From IMG/VR virus record IMGVR_UViG_3300046055_000032, positions 22,145-86,144 of that record: 64,000 nucleotides of DNA; one strand, written 5' to 3'. Shown here in pieces: positions 27,638-35,832 of the stretch; position 1 is the stretch's first letter; each line of letters begins with the position of its first letter. Origin of the DNA: a virus. Taxonomy: Duplodnaviria > Heunggongvirae > Uroviricota > Caudoviricetes. The notes beneath the pieces were generated by a model. The model had not been told where the DNA came from, searched no databases, and was given only the letters and a program-made list of their open reading frames with translations. Both the position numbers and the translations under genes were made by a program.

Positions 27638-30600
27638 TCATGGAATCATACCTCTCGGCATGGCGTTCCCGGTCAGTTGTTCGTAAACGATCGGGAACGT
27701 GTCCTTGAACTCCAAGTAATCCTGCTCCGGCAACATGGACGCGTCAATGTTCCCGTCCAGGCTATGCTTCATCGCGTCGAACACCCGGTCAGGGTTATCG
27801 AACTCTTGATACATCTTGAAGCAGGCCGAGCATTGCTCGTTCCACTCCTCCTCGAACACTTCGCCGCCCAGCGCCGCGAACGCGAGCATGTGCGCGGCCA
27901 AGCTCGGGTCGTCCGTTTTCGTTAACCGGTGATCCACGCGCCGAGCCTGTGATCGCGGGATCTCGTTCAACGCCCTCACGAACGCGTCACTGTGCACGTG
28001 ACTGACGCCGTGCGCGTCCGCGCTCTTCTGTTGATGTTGACAGATCGCCCACGCACTCTCCTCGTCATGACCCTCGTCGCGCAAACTCTCGACGCACTCG
28101 TGCGCTTCTTTCGGGTTCGCGACGTGCTCGTCAACCGGGACGTCCCCCCCGTCGCCGTCCCGATCGCGCGGAGAGTCAGCGGCTCGCTGCTCGCGCCGCT
28201 GCTTGTCTTGCGCCATCTGTTGATCGAGGCCGTTAAAGATCCCGTCCTTGTCGGCGGCGGAGCCCTCGTGCTCGTTAACGTCGTCCGTTTCGTCGAGCCG
28301 GCGATCCTCGTAATCGTCCTCGTCCTCTTGCTCGAAACGGGTATCGTCGCGATCCTTGCCACGGATCATGCCGAGCGTGCCCTTGTACATGCTCGCGACC
28401 CGCTCGTGACTGGGCTTCTTCGTGAATTGGCGCAGCATGGCGTGACGTTTCGCGCGCCACTCGCTCGCGGCGTGAAGCTCGTCGAGCGTCTTGCTCATCG
28501 CCGCAACGTCCCCGTCGTCTCGGTGCTCGCAGTCCTCGGGGCAACCGTCTTCGTGCCGCGGGCACGCCCCGTACTCCTCGCTGTCCTCGTCCTCGTCGTC
28601 TTTGGCGAGGACGTCATCCAGCTGGTTCTCGTACTCCTTCATCGCGAACCCTCGCGGGCGTGTCCCGGCCGTGTCGTCGTCATCGTTCGCGGAGTCCTCC
28701 GTACGGTCACTGCCCGCCGGGTAAAGATAATCCTCGACGTCACCGAGCTGCGGCTTCTGCGACGACGCGTCAGCGCGCGCCACGTGCGCCGACGACGCCG
28801 CGGTCGGGCGCGCCGGATAATCCAACGGGAACCCCCGGAACGAGCCGCTGTCGTCGCTGCCACGATTCTGCCCGTACGTGGGCCGCTGACGCATCACTTC
28901 GCTGCCGAGCGACTTCATCTTGTGCTCACCGGTATCGCGGAAGTACCTGTCACCGCTCGGGTGAGCCAACTCGCGCGCGAGCGCGTTACGGTATCCCGGA
29001 AGGGTGTTCATGTCTTTTCTGTCAAGGACTCGCGCATAGTCCGAGGTGCCGCCATAGCCGTGTGACTCGACGGTCTCGATCACGTCCCGCAACGCTTCCG
29101 GCTTGATCTCGAAGATCTCTTCGATCTTCTCGTAATCCGGCTCACGACCAAGCATCTCCCGGACCTCCGGGAATCGGGCTCCGCCACCCTCGCCGCCGGG
29201 ATCGCCCCCATCATGGGGATCGCCCTCGCCGTGAGGCTCGTCACCCCCGCTCTCGGCGCTCTCGTCGTAATAGTAGCCGCCGCGCGGGCCTTGCTGTACG
29301 TCCGCTCCCTCGGGTGCGTCCGAGGGGTCATCGACGTACGTGCGATCCTTAACGAGCGTCTGCAATTCCTTCAGCGTCTTGTCGCGGTGCGCGGCGTGCT
29401 CGTCGTAACTGTCAGCGACGTGCTCGTCGAGGTCACTGATAACGTCAACGGCGCTTTCCAGCCATGCGATGTCGTCGGCGCTGACGTTGCGCTCGAACGC
29501 TCGCATGTACTCTTGAAAGTCATCGAGCGCGTCATGGACGTCCCTGCGTTCCTCGCGGCGCATCGCGTCAACGTGATCTTTGACGAGCGCGTCGTCTCGT
29601 TTCAGTCGCGCGATCGCGAGACCGGCCCGGTCAACGTTACCTTTCTGGAGATCGATGCTGGCCTCGTACAGGTAATCGGCGAGGGAGCCGCACGCGATAG
29701 CGTCCTTGAACGCGATACCGTCCAGGATCGCCGCCTTGCTCGTTTCGTCCTCGATGACGTCGTCGTGGGACCGATGCTCGTCCTCGTCATCGCGTCCCGT
29801 CTCGTCGAGGCGCTCCAGGCGGCGCTTCATCTCCTTGCCCTCCTCTTCTTCTTTCTCGTCGTCGCTGTCCGCTTCCTCGTCAGCGTCCGCTCCGTCCTCG
29901 TCGTTGAGGAGGTCGTCGAGCGCCTTGTCAACGGTCGCGAGCGCGTCCTCGTACTCTTCGACGTCCTCGTCACCGTCCTGCTTGTCCGGTTCCTCGTCGT
30001 CGTCGTTCCAGAAGAAACGATACGACTCTTCGCCGTCGCTGACTCGCATCCCGTTCTCGGTTTTCGCGATGACGTCGAACCCCGCGCCTTGATTCATGCC
30101 GCGATCGCAGATCGTGACGGCGCTGAGGCTAATCTTCTCGATCTCGTTAACGAGCTTGCACGTGAACCCGCTACAGTCCGTCGTTTGTTGGGACTGCACG
30201 GCTTGCCCGCTGATACTGAACGCGCGCAAATCACCTTTCAGGATCTTCTCCGCGATGTCGCGCCCGATCTCGTCGTCCGTGTAAATTTTCCCAACGACGA
30301 ACAGGGCTTCCGTCCCCGGTTCGACGTCCGCGTCCTTGAGCAGATCGAACCGTTGCAGATCACTGGGCGTGACGGCGCGGACCTCGGTCTTGTAAACCGT
30401 GCCGTCCTTCGCCTCCCACGATTCGAGGATCTCGCCCGGAATGATGTCCGTGTGCTGCAACGAGAACCGGGCGCGCTTCAAGAGTTGCGGGAGCGCCGCC
30501 CGGAGCGCGTCGCCTTTGATGAGGTCGTTTTCGTCGTCAACGACGGCCACCGACGCGGGACCGTAAATCGTGACGCCGTCGCGCGCCTTGAACACGCGCA

Positions 30601-31018
30601 TCTCGTTCCGCGGACTCGGACGCCGCGCCGCTTTTCGCGCTCGATTGATGGGGTTGCTGTCCTCGGGCTCCGCCGCGTCCTCGGGCTCGTTCGAGTCCTG
30701 GCAAGAGCAATCCGTTCCGCGGCCGCAGCCACAATCCTTCGCCGTCGCGTCCTCGTCGTCCTCTTCATCGTCTGCGGGAAAGTCACGCTCCTCGTCGTCG
30801 CCGCTGACGACTTGCCGGAAGGAGTCCGGGTCGCCTTTCAGGATGTCGTTCGCGACCGCGTCCGCGAGCTGTTTCGAGAGACCGTTGCTCCGCAGGTCCT
30901 CTCGGATGGTGGCGTACGCGGTATCGTCCCCGAACTCCTCGCGGACGCGCTGCGCCTTACGGAAATAGTGCAGGAACCCCTCGCTCGGGGTCCCGTCAGC
31001 GATTGGAGTGGCCACCAA
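27638..31018 (-). CDS. 1126-aa polyprotein with an HK97-family prohead protease domain (aa ~140-320) and a long acidic scaffold-like extension
   Basis: RVFKARDGVTIYGPASVAVVDDENDLIKGDA...LQHTD...GLRAFSISGQ resembles S78 prohead protease motifs; the remainder is D/E-rich; contains the shared YVDDPSDAPEGADVQQGPRGGYYYDES motif (nt ~29261-29341). Confidence 0.65.
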   Translation of the reverse strand: MVATPIADGTPSEGFLHYFRKAQRVREEFGDDTAYATIREDLRSNGLSKQLADAVANDILKGDPDSFRQVVSGDDEERDFPADDEEDDEDATAKDCGCGRGTDCSCQDSNEPEDAAEPEDSNPINRARKAARRPSPRNEMRVFKARDGVTIYGPASVAVVDDENDLIKGDALRAALPQLLKRARFSLQHTDIIPGEILESWEAKDGTVYKTEVRAVTPSDLQRFDLLKDADVEPGTEALFVVGKIYTDDEIGRDIAEKILKGDLRAFSISGQAVQSQQTTDCSGFTCKLVNEIEKISLSAVTICDRGMNQGAGFDVIAKTENGMRVSDGEESYRFFWNDDDEEPDKQDGDEDVEEYEDALATVDKALDDLLNDEDGADADEEADSDDEKEEEEGKEMKRRLERLDETGRDDEDEHRSHDDVIEDETSKAAILDGIAFKDAIACGSLADYLYEASIDLQKGNVDRAGLAIARLKRDDALVKDHVDAMRREERRDVHDALDDFQEYMRAFERNVSADDIAWLESAVDVISDLDEHVADSYDEHAAHRDKTLKELQTLVKDRTYVDDPSDAPEGADVQQGPRGGYYYDESAESGGDEPHGEGDPHDGGDPGGEGGGARFPEVREMLGREPDYEKIEEIFEIKPEALRDVIETVESHGYGGTSDYARVLDRKDMNTLPGYRNALARELAHPSGDRYFRDTGEHKMKSLGSEVMRQRPTYGQNRGSDDSGSFRGFPLDYPARPTAASSAHVARADASSQKPQLGDVEDYLYPAGSDRTEDSANDDDDTAGTRPRGFAMKEYENQLDDVLAKDDEDEDSEEYGACPRHEDGCPEDCEHRDDGDVAAMSKTLDELHAASEWRAKRHAMLRQFTKKPSHERVASMYKGTLGMIRGKDRDDTRFEQEDEDDYEDRRLDETDDVNEHEGSAADKDGIFNGLDQQMAQDKQRREQRAADSPRDRDGDGGDVPVDEHVANPKEAHECVESLRDEGHDEESAWAICQHQQKSADAHGVSHVHSDAFVRALNEIPRSQARRVDHRLTKTDDPSLAAHMLAFAALGGEVFEEEWNEQCSACFKMYQEFDNPDRVFDAMKHSLDGNIDASMLPEQDYLEFKDTFPIVYEQLTGNAMPRGMIP

Positions 31019-31109
31019 CAGCAGTGCGTGCCGGCGACATATATAGGCATTTCCCTACTTATGCACGCCCGCGGAACGTTTTCGCTGGACCCGAAAACGT
31101 CGAAAACGT

Positions 31110-31643
31110 TCACTCGACGTCGCGCTTCCGATCCCGAACCAACGCGGCAGCTTTCTCTAACAGCGCTCGCTCCCCGTCGGGGGCCACCGACTCCGCCATG
31201 TCCTCCACAACCCCGGCCGCTTCGTCGATGCCGCGATTCTCCGCCTGCTTCAGCCCACGCACGACGTGCGGCATCAATTCTCGGATGCGCGTCCCGGACA
31301 ACCCCGACAGAGAGTCATCACGGTTCGGTCCGGTCAAAAGCCCGTACGCGCGCTCGCGATGATCCGTGTCGAGCGCCCCATTGTGATCCTCCAACAGTTG
31401 CCGGCGCTCGCGCTCCCAACGACCACGCTCCTCCTCCCACGCACCCCGAACAAGATCACTTAACCGTTGACAGTGAGCGTCCTCCAACGCAGCGCGCGCC
31501 GCGTCAACGATCCGCACCGCCTCAAAGTCACAGTACTTCGCAACGATGATCCCCAGCGCTCGCGCATCGTCCACGTCCCCGGGCCGCGCGAAACGGTCCC
31601 GTTTGACGTCCCGAACGATCGGTTCCAGCCGATCCCGCATCAC
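31110..31643 (-). CDS. hypothetical (177 aa), first gene of the accessory island
   Basis: ORF; coiled-coil-like. Confidence 0.45.
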   Translation of the reverse strand: MMRDRLEPIVRDVKRDRFARPGDVDDARALGIIVAKYCDFEAVRIVDAARAALEDAHCQRLSDLVRGAWEEERGRWERERRQLLEDHNGALDTDHRERAYGLLTGPNRDDSLSGLSGTRIRELMPHVVRGLKQAENRGIDEAAGVVEDMAESVAPDGERALLEKAAALVRDRKRDVE

Positions 31644-31954
31644 GCGGACGCCTCCTCAACGTCTTCGTCAAGGTTGTGCGTCTCTTTCTCGGTCACGCGG
31701 TACGTGATGAGGACCTGGTGCCCGTTCCCACACGCGAGCGTTTCGACGACTTTGGCGGGGAAGCCGTTCGTTCGTAACCAGTTGACGGCGACCCGGTCGG
31801 CGCCAGCCTCGCACTCAGGACAGCGAGGCATCACACTCCCTCCTGCGCGTCGGGACGCCCATCCCGCGGCGATGCCAGCAGCTCGACTAACGCCTCCCGC
31901 CGAGCGTCTCCGAGGATGCTCGTGCGCCCATACCGCGAACGCGTCACGGCTCAT
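31640..31954 (-). CDS. Zn-ribbon protein (104 aa)
   Basis: Internal ATG (MSRDAF) chosen for its ATGA overlap with 31954..32547; CPECEAG...CGNGH. Confidence 0.45.
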   Translation of the reverse strand: MSRDAFAVWAHEHPRRRSAGGVSRAAGIAAGWASRRAGGSVMPRCPECEAGADRVAVNWLRTNGFPAKVVETLACGNGHQVLITYRVTEKETHNLDEDVEEASA

Positions 31955-32547
31955 CACCGCACCTCCAACTGGATGGGTTCCCAACCAACGTCACAGCACA
32001 GGTACGCGACGCCATCAAGGAGGATGATGTCACCGACGCGGAAGGATCGGATCGCGTCCTCGTCGTCGACGACCCGCGGAACGGGGCAGTGCGGACCACC
32101 CGCCTCGACGCTTTGCCAAAGCGCTTCGAGGAACGCGTCCGTCGTGATGCCCAGCTCGTTCCGCGCCAACGAGCGCGGGTCCTTGGTGGGCGCGTGAGCG
32201 GCCACTTCCTCGGGCGCGAGCTGGCCGCGCCACGTCTCCTCGTACTGGTCGCGAAGATCCGCGAGACTGGGCGTTTCCGGTTCGTCGTCGTCACCGTAGT
32301 TGCGATGCCCGATCGGATTCGGATACCTCATCCGTTGATTGTGATGCCAGATGCGGACCTCGGCCTGGTACTCGTTCAGCCCGTCGAGCACGGCCTGGAA
32401 CTGCTCGTAACGGTCCGGGTGCGATGCCTCGTCCGCGGTCTCGTCGCAGTGATAACCGCAAAAGCAAACGTCCGCAGCAGCAGCCGTGACGCGGCACGCG
32501 CGCCGCGCGTGCTCGTCATGCTTCGCGCCAGCGCGAGTCAGGCTCAC
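31954..32547 (-). CDS. hypothetical Cys-rich protein (197 aa)
   Basis: ORF; CFCGYHCDE and LCCDVGW motifs. Confidence 0.5.
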   Translation of the reverse strand: MSLTRAGAKHDEHARRACRVTAAAADVCFCGYHCDETADEASHPDRYEQFQAVLDGLNEYQAEVRIWHHNQRMRYPNPIGHRNYGDDDEPETPSLADLRDQYEETWRGQLAPEEVAAHAPTKDPRSLARNELGITTDAFLEALWQSVEAGGPHCPVPRVVDDEDAIRSFRVGDIILLDGVAYLCCDVGWEPIQLEVR

Positions 32548-32744
32548 AGGACCTCCTCCTGGTAGATCGCGTCCGTGTACGCGGCGCGGACCCTGCGATT
32601 GATCTCCGCACGCGATCCTTGCACGTCCGGGTGCTGTGTGGCGTCCCGGATCGCCGCAGCGAGGAAGCGGTCACTCCACTCGCCGTCAGTTCGCTGGACG
32701 GCTGTCGTCACGATCTCGCGGATAGCGGTTTGCGTCCTCATCAT
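32544..32744 (-). CDS. small protein (66 aa) driven by cassette copy A
   Basis: ATG 8 nt after GAGGTGCC. Confidence 0.5.
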   Translation of the reverse strand: MMRTQTAIREIVTTAVQRTDGEWSDRFLAAAIRDATQHPDVQGSRAEINRRVRAAYTDAIYQEEVL

Positions 32745-32811
32745 GGCACCTCAACGCGCCCGCGTGGGCGCATATAGTAGTAGGACCTACTTGCTTATTA
32801 AATTTTCTAAA
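32745..32811 (-). promoter_or_regulatory. Promoter/5'UTR cassette copy A (TTTAGAAAATTTAATAAG-CAAGTAGGTCCTACTAC-hairpin GCGCCCACGCGGGCGC-GAGGTGCC-ATG)
   Basis: Near-identical to copy B; TATA-like TTTAAT about 55 nt upstream of the start; SD-like GAGGTG. Confidence 0.6.
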
Positions 32812-33025
32812 GGCCCGACGGTTCGCCCACGGGCGGCAGCACCCGGATCGTCTCGCTCGTCTCGTGGCGCAATTGATCCATCACGAAACCCTCGTCCTTG
32901 ACGGCGGGCACTCCCTCAGCGAGCCCCGGACCCGCCTCCGGCCCGTACGGATGCAGCTGAAGCGGCACCCACTTGTCCCGTTTCTCCTCCCACACGCCCT
33001 CGTTCCAGTTACGGCGAATCATCAT
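32807..33025 (-). CDS. hypothetical (72 aa)
   Basis: ORF; weak. Confidence 0.35.
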   Translation of the reverse strand: MMIRRNWNEGVWEEKRDKWVPLQLHPYGPEAGPGLAEGVPAVKDEGFVMDQLRHETSETIRVLPPVGEPSGL

Positions 33026-33096
33026 AACGCCCCTGACCGGACTCGAACCGGCGGCACTCGATCAAACGGTGCCGGGCCCCGTGCGGCCTCGCGGGG

Positions 33097-33279
33097 CTAC
33101 GACCCGGTACGGACGACCTCGATCCTGCTGGCACGATCCGCATCCGACGCATCGCTCTCCCACAACGCGCCGCACGCGCACACGAACTTGTACGCGAACC
33201 CCCCGAACGCCTGAGGACGGTACGTGGGGCTGCCCACGGCCACCCCGTGGCAGCCGTTGCTCGGGCAAGACTGACTCAT
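33097..33279 (-). CDS. small Zn-ribbon protein (60 aa)
   Basis: Internal ATG (MSQSCPSNGCHG...CACG) of track ORF 33097..33750; 1-nt overlap with the upstream stop. Confidence 0.4.
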   Translation of the reverse strand: MSQSCPSNGCHGVAVGSPTYRPQAFGGFAYKFVCACGALWESDASDADRASRIEVVRTGS

Positions 33280-33992
33280 CACATACGCACGCCCTTGGGG
33301 ACGTCGCTTGCGCGCTTCGCCGCAGCCGCGACCTCCTCCTCGGCCTCGCCGGCGTCGTCCGACGCCCACACGGCCTTGTCCAGGCGGTCCAGCACGACGA
33401 GAGTGCCGGCGTCGAAAACGTTCTTCACGACGCCCTCGTACGTTTCCCCGTTCTTGTGCTCGACGGTGAACCGCTGACGGACGGTCGAGCCCTCGCCGCT
33501 GCCCGTCTTCGTGACGTCCCCGAACGAAAGGTCCTTGATCGGCGCCATCGTCTCGCGCTTCCGCTCCTCGCGCTCCTTCCAGCGGAGCGCCTCCTCGTGC
33601 TGCTTGTTGCGGCGCTCGCGCTCGGCCTGCTCGGCCAGCTCCTCCTCGCGCTCCCGGATGCGCTCGCGCGCGTCCTCGCTGACCGGGTACGCCGTCCAGC
33701 GGGTGCTCGTCGCCCAGAACGTGTCCCCGAGTTCGTCGTTCAGCTCGCACAGGACGCCGTCCGTGTACGAGCCGACCGCGTCAGGGTGCGAGAGCCGTTC
33801 GCGGGGTTCGTCGTCCACGATCGAAACGATGTACCCGGTCTTGCCCTCCGCGGGGCGAGGATGGACCTTCTCGACCCGCACGGTCGCCAACGCGGCGCGC
33901 TTGGGGCTATAGTTGTAAAGCAGCGCCGGGAACGTGTCCCCGACGTCCGTCGGCCAGTCCTCGGGATCGAGTCCTGTCGCGTTGATCGTCAT
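33279..33992 (-). CDS. hypothetical (238 aa) with a central coiled-coil (ERIREREEELAEQAERERRNKQ)
   Basis: Start reassigned to the internal ATG (MTINATG) downstream of cassette copy B; the track ORF extends upstream only by reading through the cassette. Confidence 0.55.
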   Translation of the reverse strand: MTINATGLDPEDWPTDVGDTFPALLYNYSPKRAALATVRVEKVHPRPAEGKTGYIVSIVDDEPRERLSHPDAVGSYTDGVLCELNDELGDTFWATSTRWTAYPVSEDARERIREREEELAEQAERERRNKQHEEALRWKEREERKRETMAPIKDLSFGDVTKTGSGEGSTVRQRFTVEHKNGETYEGVVKNVFDAGTLVVLDRLDKAVWASDDAGEAEEEVAAAAKRASDVPKGVRM

Positions 33993-34064
33993 CGTCTGGC
34001 ACCTCAAACGCCCATCGCGGGCGCGAATAGTAGTAGGACCTACTTGCTTATTAAATTTTCTAAA
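33993..34064 (-). promoter_or_regulatory. Promoter/5'UTR cassette copy B
   Basis: TTTAGAAAATTTAATAAGCAAGTAGGTCCTACTACTATTCGCGCCCGCGATGGGCGTTTGAGGTGCCAGACG-ATG. Confidence 0.6.
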
Positions 34065-34614
34065 CCTCCTGGGGCGAGTCGGGGGTGCTGACGTCAATCG
34101 CTAAACAATCCGGGAGCGGAAGCGCTTCGCTCCAAACCCCCAACCCCTCACAGGACAGCTCTCCCCTCTCTCGACCCTCCTCGGACTCGGCCGCCGCGAA
34201 CGCGCCCGGCGCCTCCCCGCACTCAAGCACCACATCCGCAACGACCGTGCTGTCAGCGCTCACCACGAGCGTATGCGAACCCTCGCCCAAGCACGGAAGG
34301 GCGCGGGCCTCCCCTATGTCCCAGCCCTCAGCCGCGAACTCGGCGCGATCCATGCCCGCCTCCACGCGCAGCGTCGCGTCCAGCGGCGCATTCTCAGCAC
34401 CAGTCAACGTGACGCGCAACGTGTCGATGGCAAGGTTCTCGTCCATGTCCGCACCGTCGGTGCGAGCGCTCGCGTACGGTGCCGGCTCGTACTCCAGCCA
34501 TTCCGGACCGACGAGAACGGTCGCCGCCAACGCGACGGTCACGGCCATCATCAGCACCACGCCAACGACCGGCGAGACGGCGCGATCCTCAACGGTTCGC
34601 GTATTCGCGATCAT
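34060..34614 (-). CDS. membrane-anchored / secreted protein (184 aa)
   Basis: Internal ATG (MIANTR) with ATGA overlap; N-terminal TM or signal helix VVGVVLMMAVTVALAATVLV; 4 Cys. Confidence 0.5.
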   Translation of the reverse strand: MIANTRTVEDRAVSPVVGVVLMMAVTVALAATVLVGPEWLEYEPAPYASARTDGADMDENLAIDTLRVTLTGAENAPLDATLRVEAGMDRAEFAAEGWDIGEARALPCLGEGSHTLVVSADSTVVADVVLECGEAPGAFAAAESEEGRERGELSCEGLGVWSEALPLPDCLAIDVSTPDSPQEV

Positions 34615-34955
34615 GGTTCGTCCTCCGGGTCGTGCGCGAGGGCCCGATAAGCGTCCCCAGTGTTGCGGGGGATCGAGCCCGTCATGTACTCCAGAAACAC
34701 CGTCAGGCATTCATCGACGTTCGTGTCGTCAGCGTCCCGCGCAGAAACCGACGTGTAGTCGAGGTAAATGCTGTCGGGATCGGTGGGTCGCCACACCTCC
34801 GCGATGATGCCCCGCTCGGCCGTGCGGCGGAACCGGACGCGCCCGCCGGTACCGAACCAGGCCTCGACCGCGGGTTCGCCCTGCTTGCTCGTCCGCGTGA
34901 CGCGGGTCACGGTGAGGCTGCTGTCGGGGGAGTCGTCGCCGGGTTCAGGCATCAT
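34611..34955 (-). CDS. hypothetical (115 aa)
   Basis: Internal start MMPEPGDD overlapping the stop of the 47-aa ORF. Confidence 0.5.
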   Translation of the reverse strand: MMPEPGDDSPDSSLTVTRVTRTSKQGEPAVEAWFGTGGRVRFRRTAERGIIAEVWRPTDPDSIYLDYTSVSARDADDTNVDECLTVFLEYMTGSIPRNTGDAYRALAHDPEDEP

Positions 34956-35088
34956 TCGCCCTCTCCCCCGCCTCGTCGGGGTGCGGGTACGCCGCGCGCT
35001 TCGCTTGCTTGCCAAGGTAACGCTGAACCTCGGCGCTGTGCTCGACCTTGTCGCCGGGCGGGACCAGGTCCGTGTTGGTTCCGTTCAT
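34945..35088 (-). CDS. small protein (47 aa) driven by cassette copy C
   Basis: My own translation (not in the ORF track): MNGTNTDLVPPGDKVEHSAEVQRYLGKQAKRAAYPHPDEAGERANDA; GAGGTGCC 4 nt upstream of the ATG. Confidence 0.4.
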   Translation of the reverse strand: MNGTNTDLVPPGDKVEHSAEVQRYLGKQAKRAAYPHPDEAGERANDA

Positions 35089-35155
35089 CGTGGCACCTCA
35101 AGCCCTCTCGGGCGCAATAAGTAGTAGGACCTACACCCTCATTAAAGTTTCTAAA
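35089..35155 (-). promoter_or_regulatory. Promoter/5'UTR cassette copy C
   Basis: TTTAGAAACTTTAATGAGGGTGTAGGTCCTACTACTTATTGCGCCCGAGAGGGCTTGAGGTGCCACG-ATG. Confidence 0.55.
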
Positions 35156-35422
35156 TTGGGAGCAGCGGGCAACCGACAAGCAGGGACACCCCTGACAACC
35201 ACGACGCCGAACACGCTCCCGTGTCGGCGTAACCGGCGAACCCGAAGCCAGCTCGCCCGAGCCGAACGAGCAGCTCTCGATCTACCGCCGAGCGGGCTCC
35301 CTGAGCCCACGGCAGGGCCGGAGCGACTCGTCAAGCGACGAGAAGGAAAAGCAAAGGCGGGCGTGCGCCCCGTTGAAGGTTAAGGTGAATCGTAAGCGCC
35401 CGCACGCTCGGGCAGCCCTCGA

Positions 35423-35563
35423 TCACCGCTCCGGCAACGGGACCGGCACGATCACGCCGTCACCGCCGCAATGAACGTGTTTGAACATCACGGCGTGCAG
35501 CGCGCTGGCACAGTACGCGTGATTGCTGCCGGTGATGTCGATCTTGAACGCGACGTCACACAT
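35423..35563 (-). CDS. small Cys/His protein (46 aa)
   Basis: Internal ATG of track ORF 35423..35650; weak. Confidence 0.3.
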   Translation of the reverse strand: MCDVAFKIDITGSNHAYCASALHAVMFKHVHCGGDGVIVPVPLPER

Positions 35564-35786
35564 CGACGTGCTCCGGCCAGTCGTGAACCTGCTTGAGCGA
35601 CAAGAACCGCTCGACGCTGGTCGCGGTCTCGCGGTAAAGCTTGTAATCACTCAAGTCGTACTCCTCCCGGATCTGGCTGGCGGACTCTTGCGCCCGCTGC
35701 GCACCCGCAGGGCTGTCGTCGAAGATCTCCATCTCGACCAGCGTGCGCGGGTTCGCTTCATCACGGAGAGCGACGATCAATGGCAT
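35556..35786 (-). CDS. hypothetical (76 aa)
   Basis: ORF preceded by the degenerate cassette GATTTAATATCCTTAAAG...GAGGTCGCCATCGA-ATG. Confidence 0.45.
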   Translation of the reverse strand: MPLIVALRDEANPRTLVEMEIFDDSPAGAQRAQESASQIREEYDLSDYKLYRETATSVERFLSLKQVHDWPEHVDV

Positions 35787-35832
35787 TCGATGGCGACCTC
35801 ATGTGGGGGCTTTAAGGATATTAAATCTTCGC
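35787..35832 (-). promoter_or_regulatory. Degenerate promoter cassette (TTTAATAT ... GAGGTCGCC)
   Basis: Similar architecture to copies A-D, with lower identity. Confidence 0.4.

Noticed and set aside
29213-31549. Very long plus-strand ORFs antisense to structural genes (for example 29213..31549 778 aa, 27992..29065, 18511..19980, 41146..43161, 25536..26762, 37366..37842)
   Set aside because: They are Arg/Ala/Val-rich low-complexity translations, typical of the antisense strand of GC-rich coding DNA. The minus-strand genes they overlap have clear domain signatures and tight gene-to-gene coupling.
32745-35155. Possible CRISPR array or mobile-element terminal repeats, suggested by the repeated ~40 nt sequence
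   Set aside because: The copies are 1-1.2 kb apart, each sits 0-10 nt upstream of a start codon, and each contains TATA-like and SD-like elements. That makes them promoter/5'UTR cassettes rather than CRISPR repeats or inverted repeats. No transposase is present.
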